The translations under genes and the position numbers were made by a program. Source: Neoconidiobolus thromboides FSU 785 (taxonomy: Eukaryota; Fungi; Entomophthoromycota). From it: a DNA stretch of 51,233 bases. The stretch spans positions 1 to 51,233 of the forward strand of contig MU626399.1 of the NCBI GenBank assembly GCA_025603075.1, read 5' to 3'. The stretch's first letter is position 1; each line of letters begins with the position of its first letter. The notes below the pieces were generated by a model, which was not told where the DNA came from, did no database searches, and saw only the letters and a program-made list of their open reading frames with translations. Below, piece by piece: positions 1-15,714 of the stretch.

Positions 1-420
1 GTCAAAGAACAAGTAATTGTAATAATATGTAAAAATGATTATTACTTGTACTATATAGGGATGGTTAATTATAGTTTTGGGGCTAACCACTCCCTCCCAT
101 GCAGCTATTTATTAACTTGGCAATATATTAATAATGTAATTATAGCATTAAAATAGTTTATTTATTTGATAATAAATCTACAATGTTGGTTATAAAGCAG
201 TTGATAATAAATATTTCTCAATAAAGCTTTATAAGAACGCGTATTTAAGATCTAGTAAAAATTCAACTAACTTCAGTATGAACTATAATAGAATGATTTA
301 GAACTATGTCCGGGTACTTTTGTTTTAATAAAAGATGTGATTTTATAGAATTTTAAGTGAAGTATTTAGAATACAAAACATTTAAAAACCGGATAAAATA
401 AACTAATTCAGACATTCACA
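1..420. repeat. Dispersed repeat family A (possible solo LTR), truncated by window start
   Basis: Reverse complement aligns along its length with 42263-42668 (e.g. gtcaaagaacaagtaattgtaataatatgtaaaaa vs tttttacatattattacaattacttgttctttgac); ends in ..cattcaca, i.e. a TGTGAA terminus on the minus strand. Confidence 0.75.
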
Positions 421-1158
421 ATGTAGAATAAATAAAGCTTTTGTATTTCCATTTCATCTAAAATTATTTGAAATTTATATAATATTTACAATTGTAAGTA
501 CAACTTAAATCTAAACCTCTGGCGTTTCTAAAACAAAACTTAATTTTAATAAAGAGATGTGAAAATGGAGTTAAAAGTCTTTTAAAAAATAAGGTATTAA
601 GATGAATGTTGAGACGCAGTTAGTTATATATAGAGGATAGAAGTAAGCAAAAACCCTTAAATCATAATTCTAAGGTATAAATGCCAGCAATAGTTGGAGT
701 TATGTACTGAGGGAAGAAGTAGGAGGAGATATTAGGTTAAGGTGAAGCAGAGAGGATGCATTGGTGGAAGCGATATATAAAAGTTTCTGAGTTTGTCTTA
801 TCAAAAAGATACTCAAGAATATGAAAATGAAGAGTATTTTATTGCTGACTAGAAATATAAAGTTTACAATAAACCAACTATATGACAGAGCGTGATTTAC
901 TAAGTTTCGATTATTACCTAACCCTAATTAATTTTGTTATTTAAGTTTTATTATAAGCTAAATACTACTAAGGCAATAAATTGAAACTTCGAACGTTTAT
1001 ATAACACTATTAAAAGGCCATCTATAAAAAAGTTTAATCACAGCTAGTTCAAATATCAAAACTATAAATAACCAGCTTCTTCAAAAAAACCAATTAGAAT
1101 TAACTCATATCTCTTTATTAATAAAAAAAACTCTCCATTTGCTCCCTCTTTCTCTTGA

Positions 1159-3158
1159 TTAAAGCTTGCCATTCTTACCATGCTTTTTCAAGTGCATATC
1201 CCTCAATACTCTCCTTAAAATCTTACCCGCTGGTGACTTTGGAATTTCCCCAATAACCTCAATACCACCACGCAAATATTTGTAAGGAGCTAATTTTTGA
1301 TGAGTAAATTTACGAATTTCATTCACTTCCAATTCAATTTTTTTTGCATCGGTTTCTGACAATACGATATATGCTTTGGGTAATTCTCCAGCTTCTTCAT
1401 TAGGGATACCAATCACACAGCAGTCAAGGACCTTGGAATGAGATAGTAGGATATCTTCTAATTCTGCTGGGGCTACTTGATTGCCTTTGTACTAAGAAGG
1501 ATGGGTTAGTATAAGTATTATAATATGACTGCATAAAACAAAATTTACTTTAATCAATTCCTTAATCCTATCGGTGATATATAAATAGCCATCTTTATCA
1601 AAATGCCCTACATCACCAGTTCTTAAAAACCCATCTGCAGCAATCGTTTGTTTTGTAGCTTTTGGATTATTTAAATAACCCTAAAAAATATGAAATAAAT
1701 AATTTGAATCAATTCTATATAAGTTATTATGATAATTATTGTAGACTTACCAACATAACATTAGGACCTTTAACCCATAATTCACCTCTTTCTCCCACAT
1801 TTAATAAATTACCATTATCTGCATCGATAATTTTAGCTTCTATATTAGGACATAATAACCCAGCGGAACTCATGTTATCACTAGATAGAGGTAATAATGA
1901 GGTCACAGGAGTTAATTCAGACATACCTTTTAGAAATTGAACATTATTATTAATTACTCAATATAAAACATATTATTATTCTCACCATAACCCTGGCCAA
2001 TATGAACATTTAATCTTTTTTTAGCCAACTTAGCGGTATCAATTGATAGTGGAGCTGCTCCACTTACAATTGCTTTCAAACTACTAAGGTCATATTTAGT
2101 GACTTCTGGACTCTAAAAAATAGATTAACAATTAGATTAACAAAATAATAGTAATAATAATAAAACTTACTTTAGCCAATCCCAAAATAATAGGTGGTGC
2201 TAAATACATAGTTTCAATTTTGAATTTTTGAACAGACTCTAATAGCTAAAAAAACTTAAATACAATAAATAAAATCTTATTATTCTCTCTTACCTTAACG
2301 AAATTAAATTTCTTAACATTAACCGTAATCATATGATTATGTACTCCAACTAACAATAAAGTAACAATACCATAGCAATGATAATAAGGTAACACACCTA
2401 TTGTAACTCTACCAGTAGCATGAGCACCTCTGGACAAAGACTCCGTTTGTAATACATTAGAAATCAAATTATAGTGAGTTAAAACTACACCCTTAGGTAG
2501 CCCAGTAGTTCCTGAAGAATAAACAATCATAGCTGGAGTGGACTTAATTTCTTCTTGATCTTTAAATATTAATTTCGAGTATTCCTTTTTGGCTTTTAAT
2601 TGGTTTAAGCCAATTACGGCAGTATGTTTTGTCTTGAAGCCTTCTTTTTCGATACTAGCTACTTGAATTTCATGTTTTAGTTTACTTAGGGCTTTACTTA
2701 CAATACTCATTTGTTCTGGCACAGTGAAAATAAGTTTAGCATTAGAATGTTCTAATTGATGGACTAATTCACTGTCAGTATAATTGGGGTTGGTAGTGGT
2801 AACAATAACACCTGGGAATTAAATAAAAATTAAATAAAAATAAAAATAAAAAACACCACTTACCAATACTCGTTGCGGCTAAAAGTAAAGTAGCATAATG
2901 AATATGATTTGGAGCAAAGATAAGTAACACATCCCCTCTTTGAAGTTTAAAATGATGAACTAAACCAGAAGCTAATTCATGAACCAAATTTCTCATTTCA
3001 AAATTGGAGATGCTTTCTTGGCTTTCACTATCGATAAACGCATTCAAATCCCAATTTTTAAAGCATGGATTATAAGCATTAGAAGTATTGAAAATGAAAT
3101 CTGTTAAATTTAAATGAGTTGGGATACTAATTGTATCCTTGGCTTTGATAATGGACAT
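1159..3158 (-). CDS. 4-coumarate:CoA ligase-like / luciferase-like acyl-CoA synthetase (ANL superfamily), 7 exons
   Basis: Motifs [67 protein letters not shown] introns at 2812-2863, 2246-2293, 2113-2170, 1927-1985, 1681-1750, 1492-1548 splice the exons into one frame. C-terminus is -GKL. Confidence 0.92.
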
Positions 3159-4092
3159 TTTTATTTTTTTTGGAGTTGAACAAAATTAAATCAAATGCTG
3201 GTTTTCATTAGCGTTTATATAGTTTTCAAAATACGAGGTTTTATTTTACTTTTTTATTGTCTTGTAAGCATAAAATGTGACTTGAAGTGCATATAAAAAT
3301 ATTCAGTTGATAGGTGAATGGCGTTGTCATGAGACATCTAAATGGAAAATATATTCTTTTGATTATTAAAAATTTGATTTTGATTGGCTATCTAGAGTTA
3401 ATTGATGTAAGGTTATATTTGTAAAAAATGCTGTGAATATTTCATTTATAAGTTGAATACTTGTTTGTGTTTATTCACTGTGTTTTATTTGATATATAAA
3501 ATACAGGTATCTAGTATATTATTGTATCTAAATAGAATAGCATAAATAAGATATAGCAAAAAGAGGTGAATTATAAAAAGAAGGCGGTAATAAAAAGTCA
3601 ACTGATCGGATAAAATACTATCAATAGATAACTGATTGATTAATTCAATGAATCAAAGAATTAAACAATGAATAAAAGCATAGATTTTGAAATTAAACCA
3701 TTTATAGACAATTTAAGAAGAATTTAGTATTTTTACCACTTTTGTTATAATGTCAAATTGTACAAAAAACTACCTCTATTTAATATTATTATATAGTCTT
3801 ACCATAGATTATCAATATGTAATATATGATATGTGATATAGTATAAACTTTTATAAAAAAACAACTTTCTATCCTTTTAAATAAATAACTTTCATCTATA
3901 TTAAATAAATAATATCTCAATGAAAATAATAATTTATTATTCTAAATATATATAATATCACGTAACTATTACTAAATTAAAAGAATCATTTAGTTGAGTA
4001 TAATACACTGGTAATAACTTCAACGATTGTTACTCTTCACTTTCAATAAACATGTTAATAAATAATCTCTTCTTCCCTTCATCCCAATACAT

Positions 4093-5841
4093 TTAATTAG
4101 CTTTCATATTTACTATCTCTGGGATCAAATAAAAGAAATCTTCGACAATAGGGAACTTAAACCTAGCATTATATAAAATCCTAATTGCTTTAATCAAAAG
4201 AGGTTGACATTGCTCTACGACCTCTTTCTCTTTACTTTGACACAAGTAATTCAAACTTAATATAGCACAACATAAGCAAAAGAATCTATTAGTAGTCCCA
4301 TTTTGAAAATATGCCTCTTTTAATTTCTCAGCAATTAGAATAATACTTGTCGAAGAATATATAATCTCTTTAATGAAATCATATTTTTTTAATATATCTT
4401 CTGATTTTAAAAAATAATTTAACAAATGTAACCTTATACAATGATATAATATTAAACTATAACTTGAAAAATGTTGAGATAAATCATAAACCCAAAGCGG
4501 CTGTTGATCCCATATATTTTTCATAGAATAAACTAAATCTCGATACCAATCCGACATTCTTTTTAACATAATCAAACAAAGATGTGGGGCTTTTTCTGGA
4601 TTAGCTGGGAAATGAACTTTAACACATGCAAAGTATAAGCCAATTAAGGTCCCTAATTTAATTAAATTGATATAATAAATTAATGATATAGCATTTCTTG
4701 CTAATTTGTGCTCCGTTTTAGTACCTGGAGAACTGAGTAGAGGTAAAGGATCTGGTCCTTGAAATGAAAAAGAAGGTAAATTATCTGTAATAATAGTCGG
4801 TCGATTTAATAATAAAGCATGCATTTTTTCATTGAACCAACACATTTGCCAAGTTGAATATCGCATTCTTAAATAATCTTTTGACAACTTTGAATGATTT
4901 TTAGGCAATTGATGTAACCCTAAATTTTGGGCCATTCTACTAGCTACTCCAGTAAATAGATAGGCTGCTTTGAATAGTCCTGGTATACCAATAAATTGCG
5001 ATACTAGTGTTAATGTAATTACTAAAGATAAAGATGGTTTATAAAATTGAATTTTTAATTCTTGTTGAATTTGTTGACCTAACCATTTCGCAATATCTTG
5101 ATCTATTTGTCCCTGATTTAAATATCTTAATCCAATAATAGTTACAACATTTTTCAATAAAGAGTTAGCATCTTTATTAAATATAGTTTCATCCATATAA
5201 TTTAAATAAGGATTATAATGTTCAAAATAAGCTTCAATAGCTTCATTAATGAGATACTCTCGATCCATAATTAATTGTCTATATGGTTGAATTAAATTGG
5301 TTCTACTACTAATTAAATTAATTTTATTTAATACTTTACTATCTCCTTTTTTTAATGTATGAAATATAGTAATAATATTTCCAAAAATATTTGAACCATA
5401 ATATTCAATATCTCCATCCCTTTTAATAAATAATCGTTCATTCCTATCAATTTTCGACTTACATAGTATCTTTTTGAGTAAATTGACTGGTTTCCAACTT
5501 TCCATATTATTCTTTGAACTTAATGTTACTTGTTCAACTTTAAACTGATAACTCTTATATCTATCTTCACTCTTCCTTCTCTCTATATCCTTCACGCCTT
5601 CTCTATTTTGATACTGTTTAAAACTTAACAATTCTCCACTGCTTACATCACCTTCTTTCTTCAGTTTATCATCTTGATAGCAACAACTTAACCCTTTTAA
5701 TAAACATCTACCACAATTGGGTAGACTCCGGCTACATTTCCTTTTAGCTCGTCGACAATTGAAACAAGGGATATGAGATAATTTACTATCAATAGAAAAT
5801 TTATTAATTGATGGTTGATAACTCGGATTTTTAGATATCAT
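4093..5841 (-). CDS. Zn(II)2Cys6 fungal transcription factor, intronless, 582 aa
   Basis: N-terminal CFNCRRAKRKCSRSLPNCGRCLLKGLSC binuclear cluster; middle region (YFEHYNPY...ASRMAQNLGLH...R..TW) typical of the fungal TF middle homology region. Confidence 0.92.
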   Translation of the reverse strand: MISKNPSYQPSINKFSIDSKLSHIPCFNCRRAKRKCSRSLPNCGRCLLKGLSCCYQDDKLKKEGDVSSGELLSFKQYQNREGVKDIERRKSEDRYKSYQFKVEQVTLSSKNNMESWKPVNLLKKILCKSKIDRNERLFIKRDGDIEYYGSNIFGNIITIFHTLKKGDSKVLNKINLISSRTNLIQPYRQLIMDREYLINEAIEAYFEHYNPYLNYMDETIFNKDANSLLKNVVTIIGLRYLNQGQIDQDIAKWLGQQIQQELKIQFYKPSLSLVITLTLVSQFIGIPGLFKAAYLFTGVASRMAQNLGLHQLPKNHSKLSKDYLRMRYSTWQMCWFNEKMHALLLNRPTIITDNLPSFSFQGPDPLPLLSSPGTKTEHKLARNAISLIYYINLIKLGTLIGLYFACVKVHFPANPEKAPHLCLIMLKRMSDWYRDLVYSMKNIWDQQPLWVYDLSQHFSSYSLILYHCIRLHLLNYFLKSEDILKKYDFIKEIIYSSTSIILIAEKLKEAYFQNGTTNRFFCLCCAILSLNYLCQSKEKEVVEQCQPLLIKAIRILYNARFKFPIVEDFFYLIPEIVNMKAN

Positions 5842-6073
5842 AATGAAAATAACAATTGATTAAAAAATAGTTAAAATTAGAAAAAAGTAAAAAAAATTAA
5901 ATTATACTTTTAATAACTAAATGTTAAATATAAATATATTATGCAACTTGGTTCTTTTGAGGGTTAGAATACCCAATCAGATGATAAGGATCGGATTATG
6001 AAAGGAATTAATATTAATTTAGTAACTACAAACTTGGCTTTAAATGAACAGTGGATTAAAATAATAATAAAAT

Positions 6074-6171
6074 GGGTATGTTTTTTTAGTTTTATCACTT
6101 TTTTCATTTTCTAAGTGCTATTTGAGTAAAAAAAACTATTAGTAAGTTTTTTGAATAAAAAAAGACATCTC
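6074..6171 (-). mobile_element. ~95-bp GGGG-MITE copy (degenerate)
   Basis: gggtatgttttttt..aagtgctatttgagt..aaaagacatctc; matches the other copies. Confidence 0.75.
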
Positions 6172-6482
6172 AAAGTTATTTTTAAATTGCAGATTCAAGC
6201 TTTGAAAATTGTCAAAAGAACTATGAGAAATAACAAAAGTATAACTATAAGAAATACAAATAAAAGTTATAAATATAAACGTATTTGAGTCATAAATATC
6301 TATTTTGATTTCTTAGCTAATAAATATCCAATAGCTCCACTTAAGCCAAATCTTGCTAATCTGTTATTCCTTTCAAAAAATTAAAAATTAGTAATACAAG
6401 TGAATTTTTATACTTCAAAGGTAGTTAAAAATTACTTAAAAAATTAATTTAAAAATTAATTTTTTATCAAAATAGAAAAACC

Positions 6483-6554
6483 TCCTCATTGGTCCAGTGG
6501 TTAGGATCTCACGCTCTCACCGTGATGGCCAGGGTTCGATTCCCTGATGGGGAG
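6483..6554 (+). tRNA. tRNA-Glu(CTC)
   Basis: Acceptor TCCTCAT/ATGGGGA; anticodon arm TCACG-CTCTCAC-CGTGA; T arm CAGGG-TTCGATT-CCCTG; T-run downstream. Confidence 0.95.
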
Positions 6555-7052
6555 TATAGTATATAATTTTTTGTTCAATCTTATTTTTATAGTATTGTAT
6601 TTTAATTACCTTTTACCAATATCTATTATCAACTTCAAATGATAAAACATATTTGCTTTTATTAAAATTTAGTAACTTATGGTTAAATGTGTTATAGAAT
6701 TAAAGTACTAGAGTGTCACAAATAAAACAGAGCCTTAGTAACATTTCAATAAATAATTTATTATTATTGAGAAATTAAGTTAGATATAAATTAATGGTTT
6801 TATTTCTTTTAATTCAAATGGAATACAATTTAATTCAATATCAATCTTACATTAAATTTTCTTTCTTTTACCTTAATAAAGTAGCTTATTTTAAATTTTT
6901 GACTTCAAATAGATGAGCTCTTATGAAGTTAATACATATTAGTTACATTTGTTCTAAATTGTTAATTCATTATGTGTAATTTTATAAAAATAAACAAAAA
7001 TCGACTCAAATGAAAAAGAAACAAATTGATATCTACATAATCAAATAAGCTT

Positions 7053-7646
7053 TTAATTAACCCTTGAAGGAGGAGAAACCTAAATACACTGATAAGTTAA
7101 ACCAAAGAGACAATCGAACTTAAAGCTTACCAAAATAACCCCATCTCCACGAACAAATAATAGTTCAAATTTTCTATGAATGTTCTATGTAAAAGAATTA
7201 GAAAATTAATTCTCGTCTTATTCTTTATGCTTTTTCGTAAAAAAAAACTTACCCTAACACTTTCTGCTTCTGTAATTTTATTAAATTCAACTACTGTTAT
7301 AGTTTCTTCAACATCTCCAATTACCATATTCATATGTTGATCATAAGCCTAAAAAAGTTAAGTATTAATATCTAATATAAATATCATTTCCGTTGTGCAT
7401 CTTTTATCTTGATAAAAAGTCTCAATAACAAAAGTCTCAATTCTTCTTTGTCTCTTTTAATCCAAAAAATAAAAAGTTTAAATCTTCTAAACTTACATGT
7501 AATCTTCCTTTCAATTCTCTATCCCCACGCATCTTAATATAAATACGCTCATCTAAAGACAATTTGACTAAATCCAATGGTTCTTCTACTACAAATTCTT
7601 TCTTTTCATTTTCTTTATTACGTTGATTGGGATTTACTTCACTCAT
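7053..7646 (-). CDS. LSM3: U6 snRNA-associated Sm-like protein LSm3, 4 exons
   Basis: [30 protein letters not shown]|[18 protein letters not shown]..|..[10 protein letters not shown]|VSPPSRVN*. Introns 7349-7496, 7185-7252, 7080-7130. Confidence 0.93.
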
Positions 7647-7820
7647 TTTTAAAATTAATACAAAAAAACAATTTTTTAAAAATCACTTAGAAATTAAACA
7701 AATTTCTATTCAGTTGTACCTTGAATTTAATTGGCTATAATATAAACAATCAAATTACTTTAAAAAAACTATGAAATATAAAAAAGAATTCATATTTTAT
7801 TAATATAAAAAAATGATAAT

Positions 7821-10387
<2,567 letters not shown>

Positions 10388-11577
10388 TTATTTAAATTTT
10401 AAAAAAATTGTTTATTTTTTTGTTTATTAAATTTAGAATTGATAGTTTGATTTCTTAATTTTGTTATCATTGTTGGTAGTTGAAATCTGATTGGTAGAAA
10501 TAAAGGCCAATGATTTTTGCTTACTTGGCTTTTAAAATATGAATGTCAACCAATAGTTAAAGAACAACTAATTGCTGAAATTTTCATTTACTTGTAAATA
10601 AAATTAGAAAAAGGTGAAAACTAATAAAGAAAAAGGGGTATCTTTTTGTTTTAGTAGTTTGTCTACTTTTATCGAGTTAAAAATTGAAAAATTATCAAAA
10701 AAAATCTCAAAATGTTATTTCTTTTTGATTGTATATTTGAAAGGAAGATTTGATTTATAGATATCAATATGGAATCTTGACTTAAAACAAAAATAATTAA
10801 AACTGTTATATTAAATATCTAATTTTCATTAATATACATATCATCAATTAAGTCAATAACTTCAATATTTTATGAATGAACTCTTGTTACTAATAACTTT
10901 AAAACAATTATTAGAATTCTCTTAAATATTATGATATACTACAATCAAATAATCACCTTATTAAATAACAGATTTATTTTCTAAAAGTAATAACTGATTA
11001 GTTTTTCTTAATTTCTAGTGTAATCAATTGTACTAAAGTATCCAATTACCAGGATAACAAGAACTAATATTATTTAAACTTAATTTAAGTCATGATTAAA
11101 CTCCTTAAATTATAAACTTCTTATCTTCAACAACTAGATTACTATGAAAACGACCAAAACCTAAAGGAACTAAGCTAAGATTAACACTATACTCTTTTTT
11201 ATTAATAATTGATCTATCAATGATATTTAATTTCTTAAGATAATTCAACTAAAGATATTTTTTAATACCCTATAAAACTTAATTGAAGTCATGTTTCTCA
11301 TAATACAAAATTCATTTGTTAGTAGATATCTTTTATTATCATGATTACCCCAATAGAATATAAGAAGCAACTTTCATTTTCAAAGCTGTTTTTGTTTTTA
11401 GTTTCGTATTCATGTAAAGTAATGAAAGTTATCATTCTTAATGGACAATCGTCTGGTATTTTTTTTACACTTTTAATGCTTAAGGCCTGGTTTTCATGAT
11501 CGAGCCTATGAATAACATCAGAATAGTCATAAATACATAACTCATACCATTAACTGATTTTTAAGGAATAAATATAT

Positions 11578-11669
11578 GGGGATGTATTTTTTTGTTTGAA
11601 TTTTACTAACAATCTTTCCACTCAAATGGCGCTTAAAAGTGGAAAAGTAATGAAACCAAAAACATCCCC
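11578..11669 (+). mobile_element. ~95-bp GGGG-MITE copy
   Basis: GGGGATGTATTTT...AAAAACATCCCC; flanks atat/aaat. Confidence 0.88.
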
Positions 11670-11870
11670 AAATTGTTAAAATTACTAATATTTTTTATTT
11701 ATAGCAACTATTAATAGTTAAATAAAAATAATATTAAATTTAAATATTTGAAGATGTACTAAAAAGCTATTATTTAAAATATGTTTTAATCAAAATAAAA
11801 AAATTAAATCACTATTAGCCTTCATTTTTAAAATAACAAGGTATTGGATTTTAATTGTAAATAAACATAT

Positions 11871-11966
11871 GGGGATGTGTTTTTATATTTAAGAATTTTA
11901 CTAACAATTTCTCCACTCAAATAGCCTTTAAAAGACGGAAAAAGTAAAAGTCAAAAAAACATTCCT
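11871..11966 (+). mobile_element. ~95-bp GGGG-MITE copy
   Basis: GGGGATGTGTTTTT...AAAAAACATTCCT; flanks atat/atgt. Confidence 0.85.
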
Positions 11967-12030
11967 ATGTTTATTTTGGTTGTATAGAACATAATAAATA
12001 ACTATTATTATTTAAATTAATCAAGTAGCT

Positions 12031-12102
12031 TTCTTCATGGTCCAGTGGTTAGGATTTTCCGCTTTCACCGGAACGGCCGGGGTTCGATTCCCCGTGAGGA
12101 AG
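12031..12102 (+). tRNA. tRNA-Glu(TTC)
   Basis: Acceptor TTCTTCA/TGAGGAA; anticodon arm TTCCG-CTTTCAC-CGGAA; GGTTCGATTCC T loop; T-run terminator. Confidence 0.95.
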
Positions 12103-12218
12103 AAGACATTTTTGGCCTCAGTATTTTTCCTCTTTGAGCCCCATCTTGAAGATTAACCAAAAATTTGAACAAAAAGGTGTATATATACTTTACTTAATTT
12201 AATAAAACCAACATCCAA

Positions 12219-12289
12219 GTCATTGTAGTATAGTGGTAGTACACCGCGTTGTGGCCGCGATAGCGGGGGTTCGATTCCCCCCAATGACA
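12219..12289 (+). tRNA. tRNA-His(GTG)
   Basis: Acceptor GTCATTG/CAATGAC; loop TTGTGGC; T arm GGGGG-TTCGATT-CCCCC; G-1 not encoded, as is usual in eukaryotes. Confidence 0.93.
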
Positions 12290-12750
12290 TGAATACCTTT
12301 TAGGTTAATTTTTGTGTAAAGTAGTTACTAATGTAATCATAAACTTGTATTTAAATGCAACCAGTCCTAAATTTCTTATTCAAAGTAAAAAGAATATACA
12401 ATAAAGTGGTATTTGAAAAAAGTTTTTAATGATGGCTATCAAATTAGCTCATTAGAATTATTTAAATTTTATGAAGTAAAAATATCTAATAGTATTATTT
12501 AAGGTCATAGCATAGATCTTTTTTAATGTTAGAGGATAAACTTGAATTTAGAGCCATTATTAGGCAAGATAGCTGCTCTATTAAACTAGATAAATATTTC
12601 AAACAAACTTAATTGAAATAGTAACTAAAGTTGAAGGTTTTAAAGGTAGCTTTAATTTATCATATAAATACTGTATGTTCTTTATGGTCTAATTTTAGTT
12701 TAAAATAATATAAAATACAAATTAAATCAAAGATTATAGCACTAAAATAT

Positions 12751-12845
12751 GGGGCTGTTTTTTTGTTTAAGAATTTTGCTGATAAAATTTCCGCTCAAAT
12801 AATACTCAAAAAATGGAAAAAGTGATGAAACTAAAAAACATTATC
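12751..12845 (+). mobile_element. ~95-bp GGGG-MITE copy
   Basis: GGGGCTGTTTTTTTG..; perfect ATAT/ATAT flanks. Confidence 0.85.
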
Positions 12846-13349
12846 ATATTTATTTTGTAAGACGGACGGGATTTTATGTTGTCAGTATTTAATTATATAC
12901 CTGTGGTATTAATTAAAGCTAGATATATCTATTTATTTTTAAACTAAAATTTGAAATTAAATGTAAGCTACACGATTTTAATATTATTTGTTATAGCTAC
13001 GTTTAAGGAAATTTTAGACTAAAAGAAAAAGACCATATTAAATTTTAATCAATAGCACCTGACAAGCAATTTTAAAATGAGATTCGTTTTGTTTTTGATC
13101 ACAGATTTAATTTTAGATAATTGAAGGGAAAAAATGCTTCAGGTTTTATAATAAAATTTGTTTCGGATAAAGAGTGTACAATCTAAGTCCAAAATAAATG
13201 TGAAACTTGCTATTCAACCTAAACAGCATGAGTTATACTCTTATAAAAAGCTAGATCCTGATTTATTTACCATGCTTCATTATCTCATCCTTACTTAATC
13301 AACAACTATAAATACTCATCAAAGGATATAATCTCATTTTTAGTTAAAA

Positions 13350-15193
13350 ATGATTTATATTTTATTCCTCATATCAATCGTAGTTGCTCTTGGCTGGAAA
13401 CTCCTTCCACCTTCTAATTTATATAAGATACCCTCTGTACCTTTGATTCCTTTCTTGCTTTCTTTTATAAACCAAGAGCCCAGTGACAAAAGATCTGAGA
13501 GATTAGTTCTACCTATTTTGTATAAGCACGGAATTACTAAGGTATTTTGATAGCAATGAAAATAATCAAGTATACTAACATTACTCTTTGCAGCTCTGGT
13601 TAAATCGATGGATAGTAGTAATCTCAGACACTATAAGAGCTAAAGAAATCTTTAATAAAACAAGTAAATTTAAAATCATAGATTTAAATTCACAGTAGTT
13701 CATTTAATTAGATATTTACGAAAAAGATACCTTACGTGCTGGTGCTGAGCATACGGTAGGCGCTAGATTATTTGGCAGCAATATTGTATTTACTTCTGGT
13801 GAGGTGAGTCATAAAACTAGAAACTATAGCAAGCGGCTGATTTTTTTATCATTTTAGGAATGGAAGCGTCATCGTAAAGCGGCTAACCCTGCCTTCCATC
13901 GTTCTTGGTCTACTGAATTGGTCGGAAATTGTTGTGAAGTTTTACTTGATAAAATTCAGTTGGAAAAAGAACCTATTGAAATATTACCCTTTCTTAAAAG
14001 GTAAAGAAATTGATGGTTTTGTAACATTAAATTAAATTGTTAAGGATGACCCTCGATGCATTGGGTAAAGCTATCTTTAATTTTGATTTTAAGGTAGAAT
14101 ATATTTATCATTAATCGTTCAAATCTAAGTCTAATATTAGGCCGTTGAACAACCTGAAGGCAAGTACGTTAAAATTTACACATCATTGATGCAAGAGTTT
14201 CGTAAAATTGTGTATGCTTTTTTACCTTTTTTGGAAAGCCCTATCCTTAACATAAGGGCCAATGCACATGCTAGGGTAACTGAATTTCGAGCGCTTATTA
14301 GTGAAGTATTGGAACAAAAAAAAAAAGAGCTTCAAAGTGGTGGAGAAGTAGATGAATCTAAAGCAGATTTGCTTACCCTTATGGTAAAGGCAAATATGTT
14401 CATCATGGAAGATGGGGAACCATTGCTATCTAATGAGGAAATAATAGTAAACCGATATTGATAATAATAGTTTAATTATTAAATGAACCTAGAATGATAC
14501 GGTTGTATTTTTCGTTGCTGGACATGATACCACTGCAAATACTCTAGCTTTTATTTTGTATTATCTTAGTAAGCATCAGGTAAAAGATAAACTAAATTAG
14601 TTATAACAAATTTATTAAAATATTCATTCAGGACATTCAACAAAAAGCGAGAGAAGAAGTGATTCGAGTCATGGGTAAAAGAACTGGACCACCTAGTTTA
14701 GAAGAACAAAAAGAAATGCATTATCTATTNNNNNNNNNNNNNNNNNNNNNNNNNNNNNNNNNNNNNNNNNNNNNNNNNNNNNNNNNNNNNNNNNNNNNNN
14801 NNNNNNNNNNNNNNNNNNNNNNNNNNNNNNNNNNNNNNNNNNNNNNNNNNNNNNNNNNNNNNNNNNNNNNNNNNNNNNNNNNNNNNNNNNNNNNNNNNNN
14901 NNNNNNNNNNNNNNNNNNNNNNNNNNNNNATTAAGGAGACATTGGTTGATAATCAACCTAGTTATGAGTTTGACAAATCAGCAACTAAAGCTTGGTTTGC
15001 TTTTGGAGGTGGCCCTAGAAGTTGTATTGGGCTTGCATTTTCTTTGATGGAACAAAAGATTCTGTTATCAATGTTGCTAACCAAGTTTAAGTTTTATCTT
15101 CCTAAAGATAGCCCCTATGAAAATGATATCCTTGTTAATAGTGCTGGGTTAACTCATCCTAAAGACCTTAAATTACAATTTGAAGAGTTATAA
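13350..15193 (+). CDS. Cytochrome P450 (copy 1), multi-exon, with internal assembly gap
   Basis: N-terminal membrane anchor, WKRHRKAANPAFHRSW (WxxxR), I-helix AGHDTTA, heme motif FGGGPRSCIG. Canonical introns. The ExxR/PERF region falls in the N gap. Confidence 0.9.
14730..14929. other. Assembly gap (200 N)
   Basis: Run of n; the homologous interval in P450 copy 2 is 190 nt (17152-17341). Confidence 1.
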
Positions 15194-15714
15194 AGTAATA
15201 AAACTGCAGATGTTTAGTTGGAGAATATTATCTTATGATCTATATGAAAGTTTTTAATTTTTGACAGTAAGTTTTATGTTTTAGTTCAAAATTTGTATAT
15301 ATTGACAAAATTGAGAGCTGATGTAATTGAATTGAATAAGCTTTAGCCAAATTTATCATCTTGATGATCGAATCATTCAATTGGGTTTTAAAAATAACTA
15401 CGGTTTCAAAATTTGATATTGAATCACATTAATTTTTACATAGCTTATATGATATACTTATATGCTATATATCACACATTATCTTTGCTAGTTTACTTTT
15501 ATATATAATAAATCTGTTCCCATTCTATCAATTGTTTATTATTTTATTAAAATAAAAATCCTTAACCTATAAAATTTTATACTTATCCAACACACCCGTT
15601 TAAAAATACCTATCAAGAACCTCATTATATAAACTTCAGTAAATTACCACACCATTATTCAAAAAAGTATATAAGAGTTGAGTTTAACTGTTATAAATTA
15701 AATTTCTTATAAAG

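Noticed and set aside
1662-1940. Antisense/overlapping short ORFs (1662+, 9566-, 9630+, 14693-, 15684-, 17374-, 19404-, 30440-, 38993+, 47730+)
   Set aside because: They are shadows of real genes or transposase on another frame or strand, with no recognisable motifs.
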